Shown here in pieces: positions 47,239 to 61,380 of a stretch of DNA of 64,000 bases. Source of the DNA: Botryllus schlosseri (lineage: Eukaryota); NCBI GenBank assembly GCA_051294905.1, contig CM119371.1:12836001-12900000 (forward strand), written 5' to 3'. The position numbers and the translations under genes are program-made. The notes below the pieces were generated by a model. It was not told the DNA's origin and searched no databases. It saw nothing but the letters and a program-made list of their open reading frames with translations. Within the stretch, counting starts at the first letter, position 1. The number at the start of each line of letters is the position of its first letter.

Positions 47239-50200
47239 CTAGTACAGCGAACATTATTTACAACAGTCTTACAATGTCTCAAGCATTATAAAATTATCAT
47301 TTTCAACACCTGATCTCAAGATCAAAAGCAAACGAAATGAAACAAATCACTAAACAGTAAACAATGCAACAAACTAGAATATAATGCTATCCCATATCAA
47401 AGTCTGCCAACCAGCCGGGTTGTGCCCTTCTGCGAGATGGTCTTTGTTCTGGCATCAATTCTTCACCCAACGGTTCACCTTCCGAAGCCATTGTCGATTC
47501 ACTGGCATTTTCGTCATCAGTTGAAAATAAGTCAATCAGATGTGGCATTCTGCTCTGGCTTCGTTCCTGATCTGGGCCGCAACCCATTACACGTCTTATA
47601 TGTGATATATGACGGTTCGTCCCATTCACTTCAACAACCGAGTCCGATACGATATCCGTCACAGTTCCTTTGTTCCACACAGATGTACACCTCGCATTAG
47701 GTGGCTTCACAAAGACACTTTCTCCGATGTTGTATGGGTTTAAATGTTTCTTTCTGGAATTGCGGTCTTTTGCTACTCCCCGCTCTCCATCTGGAACAGT
47801 AGACTCATAACGAAATACCCTCTCAGCTGGTACGACATTCTCAACGTTTGGGGTATTATTATACCAATACACCATTTCACTCACACTACCACCAGTCCTG
47901 GCCACCATCCGTTTGATGGTCTTGTGATTTCTTTCAACAATCGAATTTCTGGAATGTTTGTAAGCATAGCTGAACACATGGCCAATTCCCCAATTCCACA
48001 AAAATTGTGACAATTTGTGACTTTTGAAGCAACTACCATTGTCACTCAAAATTTCGTCGACAGCCCCACGCTCCAGCAACACTTGGCTTAGATGCTGGAT
48101 GACTTGTTCGGTAGATTCGGTTGTTATCTTCCTCCATCGCAAATCGACTTGGACCACAATAAATCATATTTAAGTAAGGCTGCCCACCAACGTATGTAAT
48201 GTCTAATGCCAGCCTGCTCCATACTTTATCCACCGACAACTGCCCGTGTTCCCACTTGACTGGATGAGGATCAATTTGGCGGCCACCTGTTTAACCATTT
48301 CCCGGCTTACTTCCCGCCCCAAGCAGCGTTCTGCTACATACAATGTTCTATCTGTTCCCAGGTGATGCTTTTCGTGGATTCTCTTGAGACGATCTTCCAC
48401 CGCTTGACTTTGCGTGGCGACTCCCACACAAATCTTTGGGTGCCAGCTCCGTGGTACCCGTGTCAGAGCATCAGCTATGTTTTTGCAGAAGGAACCAAAC
48501 GAATACTGACTTTCATATCATATTCTTCAATCAACTGTGCCATCAATCCCAGCCTTCGTCTAACAATCATTTCACTTAAGCCATGCACTCTTGGCCGGTT
48601 CAAATCTTCCAAAATTGATCTCACCCAGTTGTAGACACTTGCGGAATCAGTGATAATCTCTACTTTCCTTACTTTCCATTTTAGCGCTAGATTCAGTCCC
48701 TTCACCACAGCCTCCAATTCTGCGACGTTGATGTGAGCACCGTCATCCTGCTTCCTCATCCAGGCCGCATCTTCCACTACATGGCCATCCACCATTAGAC
48801 AACACCCAATTGCTAGGTTACTCGCATCACACCAAAGTTGCACCTTTCCTCCAGCAGGAGCTTGCCAAATTCCCCTCACCGGATCTTTCTCTTTCACCCT
48901 TGCAAGGATTCGCCAGCTAGTTGCAACACATGAAGTGGTACTGTTTCGTCCCATGCCACTTCATTAGCAAGGCGCTTTACGTAGCTGCAAGCAATCCTCA
49001 GCCAGCCTTCCACAGGGTAGTGACCAATAAGTTTACCGAACATAGAAAAGAGCTGCCTCTTTGGCCATTCTTTAGCCGGCTCTGGCAGGATTCCATCTCT
49101 GGCCCATTCATACGACCCCGCAACCGTCGCAGTGACTCTCAGTCCTAATACCCGTGCTTCGTTCAATGGGACAGGCTCCTTTGCTCTAAGTCCATACCGT
49201 AATAAGTGCCTCCTCACCGTTTCCACATCCACAATACTGGCATCAACAAATATATCATCGATATAATGATCTGTTCCACGCTTCATCTCTTGACTTTGCG
49301 ACAACACCACCGACAGGATCTTTGACGTTACTTTTGGCGCAACATTGAGACCAAACCCCATACGCGTCATGACGTATTTCTTCTCACCATGCTGCACGAT
49401 TTGAAATGTGTGCAAGCGCTCTGAAACGGGAATTTGTAGATATGCTTTTTCCAGATCTAACATATACGCATGTGTGCCTTTCTTCCGCCATTCTCTCAGT
49501 TTTTCCTGGCACACCACAACATCTGCACCGGGATGACTCATCACATGACTATACATCTCACGGTAATCCATAACTGGCCGCACCTTTCTTGATTTGTTCG
49601 GTTGTTTTACTGCCATCAGAGGGATCAGACCCTTTTGACGTCCATGAACGTCTGGGTTGTATTCTTCCAACCAGCCATTTTGAATCCATTGATTCACTTC
49701 ATGATGGAACTCTTCTTGGCACTCAGGTGGAATCGCGTACCCTGGACAGCGGTTTGACAAGGTTGGTTCTTCATTCGTCCATTTCCACTCTATAACCCAC
49801 TTTGAACCATCAAAAATAGCGTTAAAATCTTTATCATCGATTACCAGCTTCTCCACTTCTTCTTTAACCAACTTCTCATCTTCTTCTTCTTCCCTCAACT
49901 TCTCGACTTCTTCTTCAATCAACTTCACATCTTCTTCACCCCACTTCTCGACTTCTTCTACTTCAATCGGCTTCTCAACTTCTTCTTCACTCAACTTCTC
50001 ATTTTCTTCCTGACAACTCACTCCCACAGCAGCATATGTGGGAAGTGCACCAAAGCGTAGGCTACTCGAAGATCTGGACCAACAAACACCCCATCCATCC
50101 TCTCGATCACATCCGTCCCCAGAATCACCTTTGCATTACAAACCAGACGAGTTGCTATTAAAACTTCCATACAGAGGTCAACTTCGTCAATTTCCAATTT

Positions 50201-51320
50201 GACTGTCGCGTCACCATGACAAAATGTTAATTCGTCATTCAACATTTCCACAACTAGCTTTGGTCCCCTCACTGGCACGCATAATTGCTTACACACGTCT
50301 TCTCGCACCACTGATCTTTGGCAACCACTATCAACGAGAGCTTCTACAGATATTCCAAATATTTTTACAGAAATGATTGGCAGCACCTTTTTCCTCACTG
50401 TCGGTGGCTGGGGAACCCATCCGATGCTGACCGTTCCCCATTGCCGTTTCCCTGATTGATTGGCCATGTAGCACCGTTCTTGCAGAACCGAGCTATATGA
50501 CCAGGGTTACCACATTCAAAACACTTTATTGGCGGCAGCCCACGGCCATAACTCCGTCTCCCAATATCCCTATTTGGGCACTCGCGTGCTATATGTCCGT
50601 CTTTCCCACAAGAGAAGCACTCAAAAGTCTTTCCTTTGTATGTGCCAGCTGCACAGAGCATGCCAACGGGCACCCTGGTGGACATGATCATTCTAGCTCG
50701 TACCACCAATTCACCAATTTCCAGTTTCTCAATTTCAGCAAGAGACTTTAGCTGGCATGCCACATCGATCGGCAGCCTAGTCACAAAAGCGCACTTTACT
50801 ATCGGTTGAGAAGCAGCAGGGTCCATACCCACAATAGTAACCAGTCTCTGGAGGTCAGCTACGAAAACATCAACACTCTCACGTTCTTGAAGAGTCCTGC
50901 GCTGAAACTGGCAGTACGCATCGTAACAATTGACGCCAAATGCTGCCAAGAGAGCAGTCTTTACTTTACTGTACTCCTTTTTATCCTCATCACTTAATTG
51001 CCTATATACTGAGAACGCAGCAGTGTCCAACAATAGAGGAACATATTCTTCTGGCTTGTTACCTCGCAGTTTCATAACGGTCTCAAATTTATCCAGCCAC
51101 ACAGCCACATCCCCCGAAGTAGCGAAGTCCACATACATATGCATAATGTCAGTTATCCTCACCGTCGACATATTGCCGCGATAGCTTGTAGATAGTAATT
51201 GTATTAACAGAATCAGTACAGGCAAATTTAGTCCGACATACCACCGCCGCCGCTCTCACGTTCTCTCCACACCAGTGCCTCTCGCAGGTCACGGTGCACA
51301 TACAACGCATGCAAACCACA
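47239..51320 (-). mobile_element. Ty3/Gypsy LTR retrotransposon (gag-PR-RT-RH-IN), frameshifted, 3' LTR missing
   Basis: gag 51171-50395 with two CCHC knuckles; protease LVDSG; RT LDLEKAY...HYIDDI; RNase H CDAS...AELEAV...TDS; integrase SDNG...VERNH ending 47387; putative short 5' LTR 51320-51187. Confidence 0.92.
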
Positions 51321-51425
51321 ATAACATGATTGGATTTGATTTTCCAACTCTGCTTTTCCAATTACAGCCAGGTCTTCAGAAAAGAATGATAACGCTCCTG
51401 CTAGGGTGACTACCTCTGAATCCAT
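51321..51425 (-). pseudogene. 5' relic of a probable second ORF of the ISL2EU-like element
   Basis: MDSEVVTLAGALSFFSEDLAVIGKAEL/KIKSNHVI, interrupted by the Gypsy start; resembles from memory the N-terminus of SWIM/YqaJ accessory genes. Confidence 0.35.
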
Positions 51426-54400
51426 GAATTACGAATAGCTTCCAATATTACTGCAATCGAAATAATATTATACTGTATATTAGGTAATATCACGACGAAT
51501 AACCTAACAAATTCATCCTGACAACGCCTGGAGTTTTCTCACGGTTCTACAGTACTCTTCTTTTTGCACTACAATTACCCCGGAAGAGTGTGTGACTAAA
51601 AGATTCGGGTATATTTCAATAAGAATATACCATTAAATTGTGAATTGAAGTTTTTTTTACCTCCAATATCTACATAGTGGATAACAACAAATTATAAGTG
51701 TCTTACCAATATTATCCCTATTTACGATAAAGGTAACATTTACAATTAAAAATAACTATGAAAATTCCTGAAAATTATGGTATTTCTCCTGCTGGGGTGA
51801 TGTTACTGCAACCGATAGAATGTTACAGCTCAGGTTATAACCGAACAGACTCATCCTGACAAGGCCTGCAACTTTGAAACGGTTGCAAAATACTGTTCCA
51901 ATGTTTTTGTCTACACTCCCTTTGGACTAGCGCAGTCAGCATGCCCTTGACGACTACGCTGTCAGTCATCACCAAGAACAACAAATTCTGACCAATCAGA
52001 AGCAAGGTAACGAACTTCCGGTTTCAAGCCGTATAGTACCGTATGTCCGTATACTTCAAGGTTTTTTGTTGTTGTCATTGTTACATTGCGAATATCATGG
52101 TTTGTGATTTTAATTGTTGCGTCATACTTTGCCTTTTGGGTTTTGCTTTTAAATCTATTTAAATCCCTTGGGTGTGTAGTTAACTCATGAAAAGACGCAC
52201 TCAAAAATTATTCGAGTTCAATAAATATTATATTACAATGGATGTTGTATTGGAAGCTATATTCTTTCAGATCGTGGAACTGGAACTAGCTCTTCACAGG
52301 TGATACCAGTACTGATGTGTTCCTGTGGTATTACTGGTGTTGTGCCACCATTGCCACACATTTTTCTTTTATGCCTTATCATGCAACAAAATCTTCTTAG
52401 TAGCAAAAAGATAGGCCCAATCCAGCACCTGGCTGTAACCTTGACGAGGTGTGCTGGCTTATTACTAATGTCAGCCGACAGCTTTCGGATTTATGTGGTC
52501 TATTTGGCGTGCAGTTGCCTTGGTATACTATTATGTCATGCTACATCCCATAATTCTTCTAAATAGGTGGGTCTCGACACGCATATAGTTCGCTTGATTC
52601 ACTAGTTTTCGAATATGCCAAGTCGTTTAAAATTGTACTGTGGCATGACATTATAATTGTTTTATATGCTGACAGTTTTATCATGATGTACATACAGACA
52701 AAGCACTACCGGAACAGTGTATACGAGGTGTAGAACAATAAAAGTATCGTTAAGCGTTAGTGACTGGCGGTCTGGGGGGCAATTTGAATTTTTCATTTTC
52801 AATAAATTTTCCAAATAGACCACGCACATCAGCGCGGCTCGTTTCCTAGTAACGTCTTCGAGTAAATGAGATGTCTTGGAGATTGCACGTATGATAAGCT
52901 AGCTGAGTTTCTTTTCGCTTCCCGGACTCTGCGTGTAGGAAACAGGAACCAACAACGCTGACTGAACGCGTCTTGTGCTGTTCATGATAAAGTACATTAT
53001 AATTCTGACCCTCTTCATAACCATCGGCCTGTACAGCGGATCATCATGGTGTGGGCTTGGTAGAGAGTCCTTATGGTTACAATGAGTGTACAATGGACAT
53101 TGGGCAACATCAAACCGTGACCGAGTTCACTATTTTGTAGGGTTACCATACGTCCTACTTTGAGAGGATTTGTCCTCTTTTTTGGACTTTTTAGAAAGTG
53201 TCCTCGAAGGACGCCCAAATGTCCTCTTTTTTGAGAAATTTGGCTAAATATATAAACAACGCATTTTGTTTAGGGCTTAAAGTAGGTCGCATTATCTTAT
53301 ACGGCTATATCAATTAATATGGTCGCCATCATATATTTGATTAAGTTCAGTATAGGCCAGTGCTCTTCAACTTTTTTCGACGTGGTACACCCTTTTAACG
53401 TTTGCTCAAAACTCGTACACCCCTGTTTATTAGGGGTCTTCAAAAATGACTTTTTCCCCAAATCGTACTGGCTACTTGATAAAATTGTTAGGTTACCTAA
53501 CTTAAGCCTACACACCAAATTTGGTTCAATTTCAACCAGTAGCCGCATGGCTACGGAAGAAGAAAGTTTCTATTTATAATGTAAAAATAAATAACGAAAA
53601 ATGTGAAATTTTTCTGTTCACCCCATGAAAGTATTACGTTGTCTATAAAAATGATGTTCTTCAAATTTGGTTCAATTCCAACCAGTAGAAGCGGAGTTAT
53701 TGCCGTCAAAAATTTGGATTTGAATAAAATAGTATTTGGTCACAGAGTCTATTCGCAGCCAGTTAGGCCGCCCGCCACGCAAATTGGAATTTATTTCGTG
53801 TCAGCCCCAAAACAGCATGACATTACGAACGATAATCAACCTAAACGTAACAGTATTGGGGGGAGAGTAGGTAAAGTTACTGCTGCAGAAGCGGTAATTC
53901 AGATCAGCGATGATAGCAGGCGCACCAGCCTACTGCTTATCAGTTCTGCCCCTCACCATACACAGTCGATAGTAGCACATGGGCTGTAAGAGATGTCAGT
54001 AACCTCAGATCGTATGCCGCTATACACAGTCTATTGTCGCTAATTTGCATCACCAATAACAAAATACTAAATTGCAAATGTATGGCGAAATATTGGACAT
54101 AAAATCGGCATTTTAAAACAAAAGGGTTTCGATTTCAACGTGGAAGCTGTTTCGACCCTGGCTGGCTACGTCACTTCATTTATGTGCATTGCGGTATTTA
54201 TTAACGTCGGGTAGGAAGTACTGATTCAAGAAGTCTGAGCTATCGCGGCGGTTTCCTCAAAAATCACTAAAAGACAAATGACTAGCTGAACACATGTTTG
54301 TTAACTGCATACTTTCCAACACCAAACGGAACCATTGGTCTATTGCCGACGGCTAAATGAATAGGAGAAATATTTGCTTATGACATCACAATCAAGCGGT

Positions 54401-54585
54401 GTACAGTATTACACTTGAGATAACATCGTACCATATTGCTCATTAACCTGTGCGTCAACTTGTACTGACCCATAAACCTGTCTTTGTGATAGCGAGCCAT
54501 CGGCTCATTGTAATTCGGATCTGGTACACCCATGTACACCCCATCCGAGTGGTACACCCTTTGCAAATTCTGGTACACCCTAGGG

Positions 54586-55676
54586 CAGGGGTGGGCAAAC
54601 TTTTGAGCTCGCGGGCCGCATTCAACATCTGAATTCATTCGCGGGCCGCACTATATAAAATTGGGATTATAAACCGAAACGCAATATTGATATATGATTA
54701 TATTTAGTGAGGACATGTAGACAATATATGTGCTTATTTAAAACAAGCCAAATATTGCTTTGATGATATCGTACACGAGTCAGAAACATATAGTGGCGAG
54801 ATTTCATAGGCAGGCGGACCTCAATAACCAATTTGTCAAAACTATAGAGATAAAAGGCGGTTGGCCCGATTCTTAGAATAGGATTGAAATATAAATCTGT
54901 GAGCAGTGATCTGTTCATAGATTTACTAATTCCACTTTTGGCTCAGTTCCAGGACACACAATGCTGACAGCATCACATAACCATGTTAGCTTCAAACACG
55001 CTTCTACTGTGTGTAGATAAAATATAAATACCCCCCTTCCCCGCATACAGACAACGAATGTACTTAAGACACGCCCGAATCGGTTTTTTATAAGCACATC
55101 ACTGAAATAATTAAAAATGAAGTGGGCAATCCGAAATCTCACTGGTGATCCAAATTATGTCAATCTCGTTGCAGCTATCCCGCTGTGATATCAAGTATTT
55201 ACCTTAGGTCAGTGGTTCTCAAACTTTTTAAGACACGCCCCGCCACCTTATGATGGTCAAAGATTTCGCGCCCTCTTATCGTCATATCACAAATCGCAAC
55301 CAGAATGCTAGCAAACCTAACGGGTAGTTTGATGGCGTGGAAGGTTACGACTGTGGATGAGAGATTTTTAAATCTGTAATTCAGACTAAATACATAGCAA
55401 TAACAATGAATCGTCTGAAAATCGAGCTCAGCTTCGCGCCCCTTTCAGATGCTTTTACGCCCCCAAGGCGGGCGTGCCAACCAGTTTGAAAACCACTGTC
55501 TTAGAATTATCATGGTGAAATATAATAAGAAAAAGTTAATCAAGTCCCTACATTAATTCGATTTTTAGTACGCATTTTATCAAAATTTAAAAAAAGTTTC
55601 TTTAGACTCTCGCGGGCCGCACAAAACGGCGTGGCGGGCCGCATGCGGCCCGCGGGCCGTAGTCTGCCCACCCCTG
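54586..55676. mobile_element. hAT MITE, middle element
   Basis: TIRs CAGGGGTGGGCA...TGCCCACCCCTG; TSD CCCTAGGG. Confidence 0.92.
55210..55498. mobile_element. hAT MITE, inner element
   Basis: TIRs CAGTGGTTCTCAAAC...GTTTGAAAACCACTG; degenerate TSD (CCTTAGGT / TCTTAGAA). Confidence 0.75.
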
Positions 55677-56394
55677 CCCTAGGGTGTACGACAACCCCGG
55701 TTGAAGAGCACTGGTATAGGCTACGCAACGATAACCAGGTTGTATCGGCAATGATAATGTCTGTGTATCGATGTTTGTATACCAACACATTGCATGCAAT
55801 GTCACACACCTCCATTTGCGCGTATACTGGTGTGGGCAAACAAGCGCGACGTATGTCTGGATGGTATTTTTTCGTGGAAACACAGGGTGTGACATGTTTA
55901 CTTTGAATATTGTTCATTGGTTTATCGATTCAGAGTTGATATCCGGATCCGGTTACATACTTTATCATTTCCGATTTCAAACTGAATGTCGAGACATACA
56001 TTGACCAATAAAGACACAATATAGCAAACATGCCGGAGGAAAACTCGACCAGGAATTGTTATCGCGATGGGTGACATAAATCCAACCGTTTTCCGAACAC
56101 CGGTATCCACATACCAACCGTCGTCGAGGAGGTGTTTTATTCAGACATTTTGACTCTGGAAAATCCAAAGCACGAACCCGGACATCACAGAACTATCGAG
56201 GCCTATTGTCCAAGTTTCCAAAACATGCATTTCGGTGTACAAGAGCATATTGTATGTGGTTAACCGATGATATTGATGTGATACGACCGATGGGGTATAC
56301 TCTGAAACCGGTTGTCTGTGTATATTTCCGTCACTGTTTGTTGTAACAATATACAAAAATATCAAATTGACCGGTGTGGTTGTCAGTTTTCAAA

Positions 56395-57140
56395 ACGAAA
56401 ATGGTATTGTTACCCAGGGAAAAAAATGTATTTCCAAGTGAAAACGGTATTGGTACTCAGTTAAATGATAGTTTCCAGACGAAAAGGGATTGTTACCCAG
56501 GAGAAAATGATTAGTTACTCTAGGTAAAAGTATTTTTCCAGGTGAAAATGTATTGTTACACTGGGTAAACGCCGGATCTCCAAAGGAAAATGATATTTTT
56601 ACTCGGCTAAACGACGACCCGCCAAGTGAAGATGGTTTGTTGCTCAGGGAAAAAATATATTTCCAAGTGAAAAAGGTTTGTTACCCAGAGAAAAAATATA
56701 TTTCCAAGTGAAAAAGGTTTGTTAACCAGAGAAAAAATATATTTCCAAGTGAAAAAAGGTTTGTTAGCCAAGGAAAAAATATATTTCCAAGTGAAAAAAG
56801 GTTTGTTAGCCAAGGAAAAAATATATTTACAAGTGAAAATGGTTTCTTACTCTGGGTAAACGTCAGATCTCCAAAGGAAAATGATATTTTTAATCAGGTA
56901 AACGATGGATCGCCAAGTGAAAATGGTTTGTTGCTCAGGGAAATTGCCAAGTGAAAATGGTTTGCTACTCAGGGAAAAATATATTTCCAAACGAAAAGGT
57001 TATTGCTACTATAGGAAAAGGTAGATCGCCAAGTGAAATGTATTGTCGCTCTAGGTAAACCAAAGATCTCCAAAGGACAATGGTATTTTTAGTCAGGTAA
57101 CGGCTGACCTCCAGGTGAAAATGGAAATTTTACTTGGGTA
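56395..57140. repeat. ~41-bp AT-rich minisatellite
   Basis: Repeated TTTCCAAGTGAAAA..GGTTTGTTA..CAGGGAAAAATATA units, with higher-order GATCTCCAAAGGA variants. Confidence 0.85.
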
Positions 57141-60100
57141 GGTATCGTATGTTTAGTGTCGTTGGTATTGTTAAACGTTGTCGCCGGTAGCCGTTGGTAT
57201 ACTATTACGAGTGTGAAAAGGATTTGCACGCCCTGTGCAGAGTATCGCGGTAGTGAACATATTTTTCGCGTGACGAAACACGATCGCTGTTTAAATGTTA
57301 ATGCATGCATTTCGATTACCGAGTTGCTATACAATAGAGACGACTCTACATTAGATCATGATGTGTGCTTCGATTAAAACCGCAAGACCACATGAAAATC
57401 TATTCGCACAACTCGATGATGTTGATATAGTGTTACTAAAATTAATTATTACGTATTTACACAACATAAAAATACCAATTCATGTCGTAGTAAGTAAGTT
57501 TCTTGAACTCGTGCTTGATGAAAACGAATGGCGACAAGTATGCTGTTGTGTTTGAGTGAAAAATAATTATTTAGAGTAGTGACACTTTGTGACCAACGAA
57601 TGCAAATTGATCATGATATTACAATATACACTTTCATCAACATAACAACTTGACACAGGAGAAACACTTTCACGTTTTTCAATAACTCGATTCTTGAAAC
57701 TTGTTACTTTTACGATGTATCGTTGGGGTGCAAACTATAACGACCATTTTGTATGATAGTATGTTTTAGTTGTATTGTTGTGAGGACAATCATATGATGA
57801 CTCAGCACTTTTCGCTAGCAAAGTAAATTGTTTTGTCTGTTAGATTTGTGGAAAGTAAGTCGAATACATATTTTTTTTTGTGGAAGTAACTGTATTATTG
57901 TTATATCATTGGCAGATCTCTCAAGCAGTGACCATGGTTTTGTTTTTGAAAGATGTATCGATATAATATTTTCTAAAATTCAAACTCGGACGGTTATCAT
58001 GACTGTGTAGGACTTACGATAAACACCTTTGTTACAAGAACTATGATATTTCTGTAAGTACTATAGTTGTGTGTTGGATTATTTGAATATTTAGATGTGT
58101 GACCATTCGTGTAAAAAAGTTTGTAGAGTCTAAACAACCATTTGGTTTCGTAGTGTGAGGATATGAAGTAAAGTCGACTACTTTGTGTGATGTAAATATC
58201 CTTCGTACTTTTGTAAGAGTTGTGGGAGGGTGCTCATTCATACCCTACAAAGTAACTAGTTGATACAAACAAAATAATGAATGACCGCCAACACATTGAA
58301 TTCATAACCCAAGATTGTGAAAATTGTTTACTGTTAGACTAACATAATTCGTATCCAGCAAAACGATAGACACCAAAGGTTCGATGGGGTTTAAATCTAG
58401 ATTGTATTAAGCGAAGTGATGAGTACCTCCAGTAATAAAATCGAAACGGCCAAAACAAATTTTCTGTGTCTTGGTTGTTGTAAATAACTATTTGGTATGA
58501 TATTAGTTGAGTGTGTGACAATTCGTATCTGTCGAGGTTGAATGCTTAACCATATCGAAATGAATCCAGAGCACATGAAGTATACATTGATCACAATAGA
58601 ATCGATGAGAATGTTAACCACGTAGAGTGTGTTTGTTTAAAAATCATTTCCAATGCTGCTACTTCGATCGGTATTAATTCCATGTCATACAAAAAATATG
58701 AAACCATTGTACAGTTTCGTTTTACGAGAATATTGAGTAAAGTTGATTATTTTTTGTGTCACGAAAATATCTTGTGTTGATATTGCACACTGGTTTCGTT
58801 ACCCAAGTGAGTGAAAATTGTTTTCTTCTGGACAGATATGATTTGTATTTCGAAAAAACGACCCACACCGATAAAGCGACGTTGTTTAAAATCCGCTGAG
58901 TGCGTGAAATTGCCTTATGATTTGATTTAGCGAGTTAATTGTTGGTGATTCAATCACATACAAGTATATGGTCTTTTAGTGACTGAGTATTGTGACGACA
59001 TTTACTTTGACAAATGGCAATGGGAAAATTTCCAATTTCTCTGCTCGTGTGTGTTGCACAAATAGTACTAGTATGCATTCAGTGAACATCATACAAATTG
59101 ACAACGACTTTCATTAGTTTGGTTAGATGATGACAATTATTCCGCAGGTTCAAATCGATATCACTACTATGAACAACAATACAAACACATTTTTCTAGAT
59201 TTCAGTGTAGCACATACTTCGATTTTATTATTGTTATGAGTTTTGTATTAACCAAGGTCGGTTGAATAGGATCCATCCAGTAAAGATATTCAAAATTGTT
59301 TCTCTGTTGATCAAAGTCTTAGAGTGTAACCTCGTAATGTTTTACATTTCACACATTCGACAGAGAGTGTGAACAGAGTTTAACACGGATTAAACGACGC
59401 CGCCCGGAGTCCAAAGTGATTTACTCGTACTGCGTAAGATGAGTATGTTTCAATTCACCGTCACAGATTCTGACAATAAAGTATTACCCGGTTGTTAGCC
59501 AGCAAACGGAATTGTTGTTTCATCTTTAGTCTTGGTAACTGAAACGATTACATTTGTAAAGTATTTTCTGATATCCGCGATACCCAGAGTGATTTGTACC
59601 AAGGTGGAATGATTTGTCAATCAAGAACATTTCAGACACGTATAGTTTTACAACTCAATATGTTAATAGCCATGATAGTGAAAAGTTTGTTGCTGTTGTA
59701 ATAACCTTCACCACCTCGGTGGGTCTAATTAACACAAATAAATTAGTAATCAAGTCATGATAGACCATTACAAAACCCCATATGTCAAATCGATGTGACA
59801 ATCCTTATGTTTACATCATGATAATTTTCGATATAACACCTACGTTCGATTGTAAGAAATGAATTCTCAACTAGGATGGCCAGACTTTCAAATCTTGTAT
59901 ACTCAAACATGTTAGGTTAATCTCAAGGCGTCTGCATCGAGTAGTAATTACTTTTGTCTTACAAAATCTATCGAGTAGTAATTACTTTGTCTTGCAAAAT
60001 AGTAACGACTTTTACAGATGAACAAAAAAGACGAGTTGGTGGTATATGCCTAAAACCGAACTTGATATGTTTGTGGGTTGTAGTGATTACTTGCGTAGTC

Positions 60101-61200
60101 TTGTCTACTTTTCGTATGGACACTTTTTGCTTTGGTTCGGTGAGTTACAAACGGATTGACTTGACAAGGTTTGTGTATTTTACTCTTTTGTTGATGGCAA
60201 GATGGTGAGATGTCGAGACGTAATACTATTTCCGTACACTCAATTACAACAAAACATAACCCGCATTCAAATAAGCCGTAAGCTACAAGCGGATTTAAAA
60301 CTTGATGCTGTTTTGTGGTTGACTCAAGTCAGTAGTCATGTTTGTGTTGATTTCGGGAATGATCATGACGAGTTGGTCGGGTAAATTAGGTAATGTGGTA
60401 GTAACTATGACCGTACAGAGTTGCTGACATTCAAATATCTTTTACGGATTTAATTGTGATAAATTATTTCTCAGTTATTGTTCAGACATTCAAATCTCGT
60501 ATACTCAAAATATAATATGTTCAAGTCGAATCGTGTATGCACCGATTAGTAAATACTTTGTCTTCAGAATAGTAACGACCTTTACAATCGAATAAAAAAA
60601 GACCGATCATACGAATACAACCAGGATGAATTAATTCAAATTTATGAGTTGTAGTGATATAATCAAGTAAGTGAAAACTAGATTTTTAACAATTGTTATT
60701 GTTGTGAATAATTCTTTTCAGTATGGTAATATGTTAAAATATCTCTTTGACAAACGGAAAGCGGGGCCGTGAATAGAGTTGCAATGTTACATTACTTGTT
60801 TCAAATCAATGTGTGTATAATATCGAAACGGGCCTGTGGGAAAGTTGGTAGTCATGTTTGTCAATCCTATTTCAATTCACACTACGCCAAAGTCCAAATA
60901 TTCGGTTTCGGATTATCTCAATTTACCTCTAGAACATCTCGCGAATGGATTCCGACACCGTACTATAACTAGATCGCTATGTCTGATGCATTATCCTGTC
61001 AGCGACCGTAGGGTTTTACAATTATTTCACACCTTTTTGAATAAGCGTCCACTTCGCAAAGGATTAGGGTTGGATCAGAAATAAGTGAGAATTTGTCGGT
61101 ATTCGAATCACCGTCTGCGACGGTTCTGTTATTCGTTAATTATTAAATCTTACCAGTGAAACCTCAGATAATCGAATTCCTGGAGCCGGATTAATTTTCC

Positions 61201-61380
61201 GTGACTGGCAAACAGTTACAGAGTAAAACTTCGGATGTGTGTGGAGATCATGCTATCGCATTCTTGATAAAAAGAGCTCAAGGGTTTTCAGCCGAGGAAT
61301 ACTTGAATAATTTTGGGGATGATAAAAAAGTGAATGATACGATTGTGCGTGCTTTTGTGAAGAGTTTGATTTCAGAGTAA
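61201..61380 (+). pseudogene. Adenain protease C-terminal remnant
   Basis: QLQSKTSDVCGDHAIAFLIKRAQGFSAEEYLNNFGDDKKVNDTIVRAFV aligns colinearly with the protease at 37352-37798. Confidence 0.85.

Larger units (their letters stand above)
53358..55713. mobile_element. hAT MITE, outer element of a three-level nest
   Basis: TIRs CAGTGCTCTTCAAC...GTTGAAGAGCACTG; TSD GTATAGGC. Confidence 0.92.

Noticed and set aside
56395..57140. Regularly spaced repeats as a CRISPR array
   Set aside because: Head-to-tail minisatellite with no unique spacers, no cas genes and a eukaryotic context.
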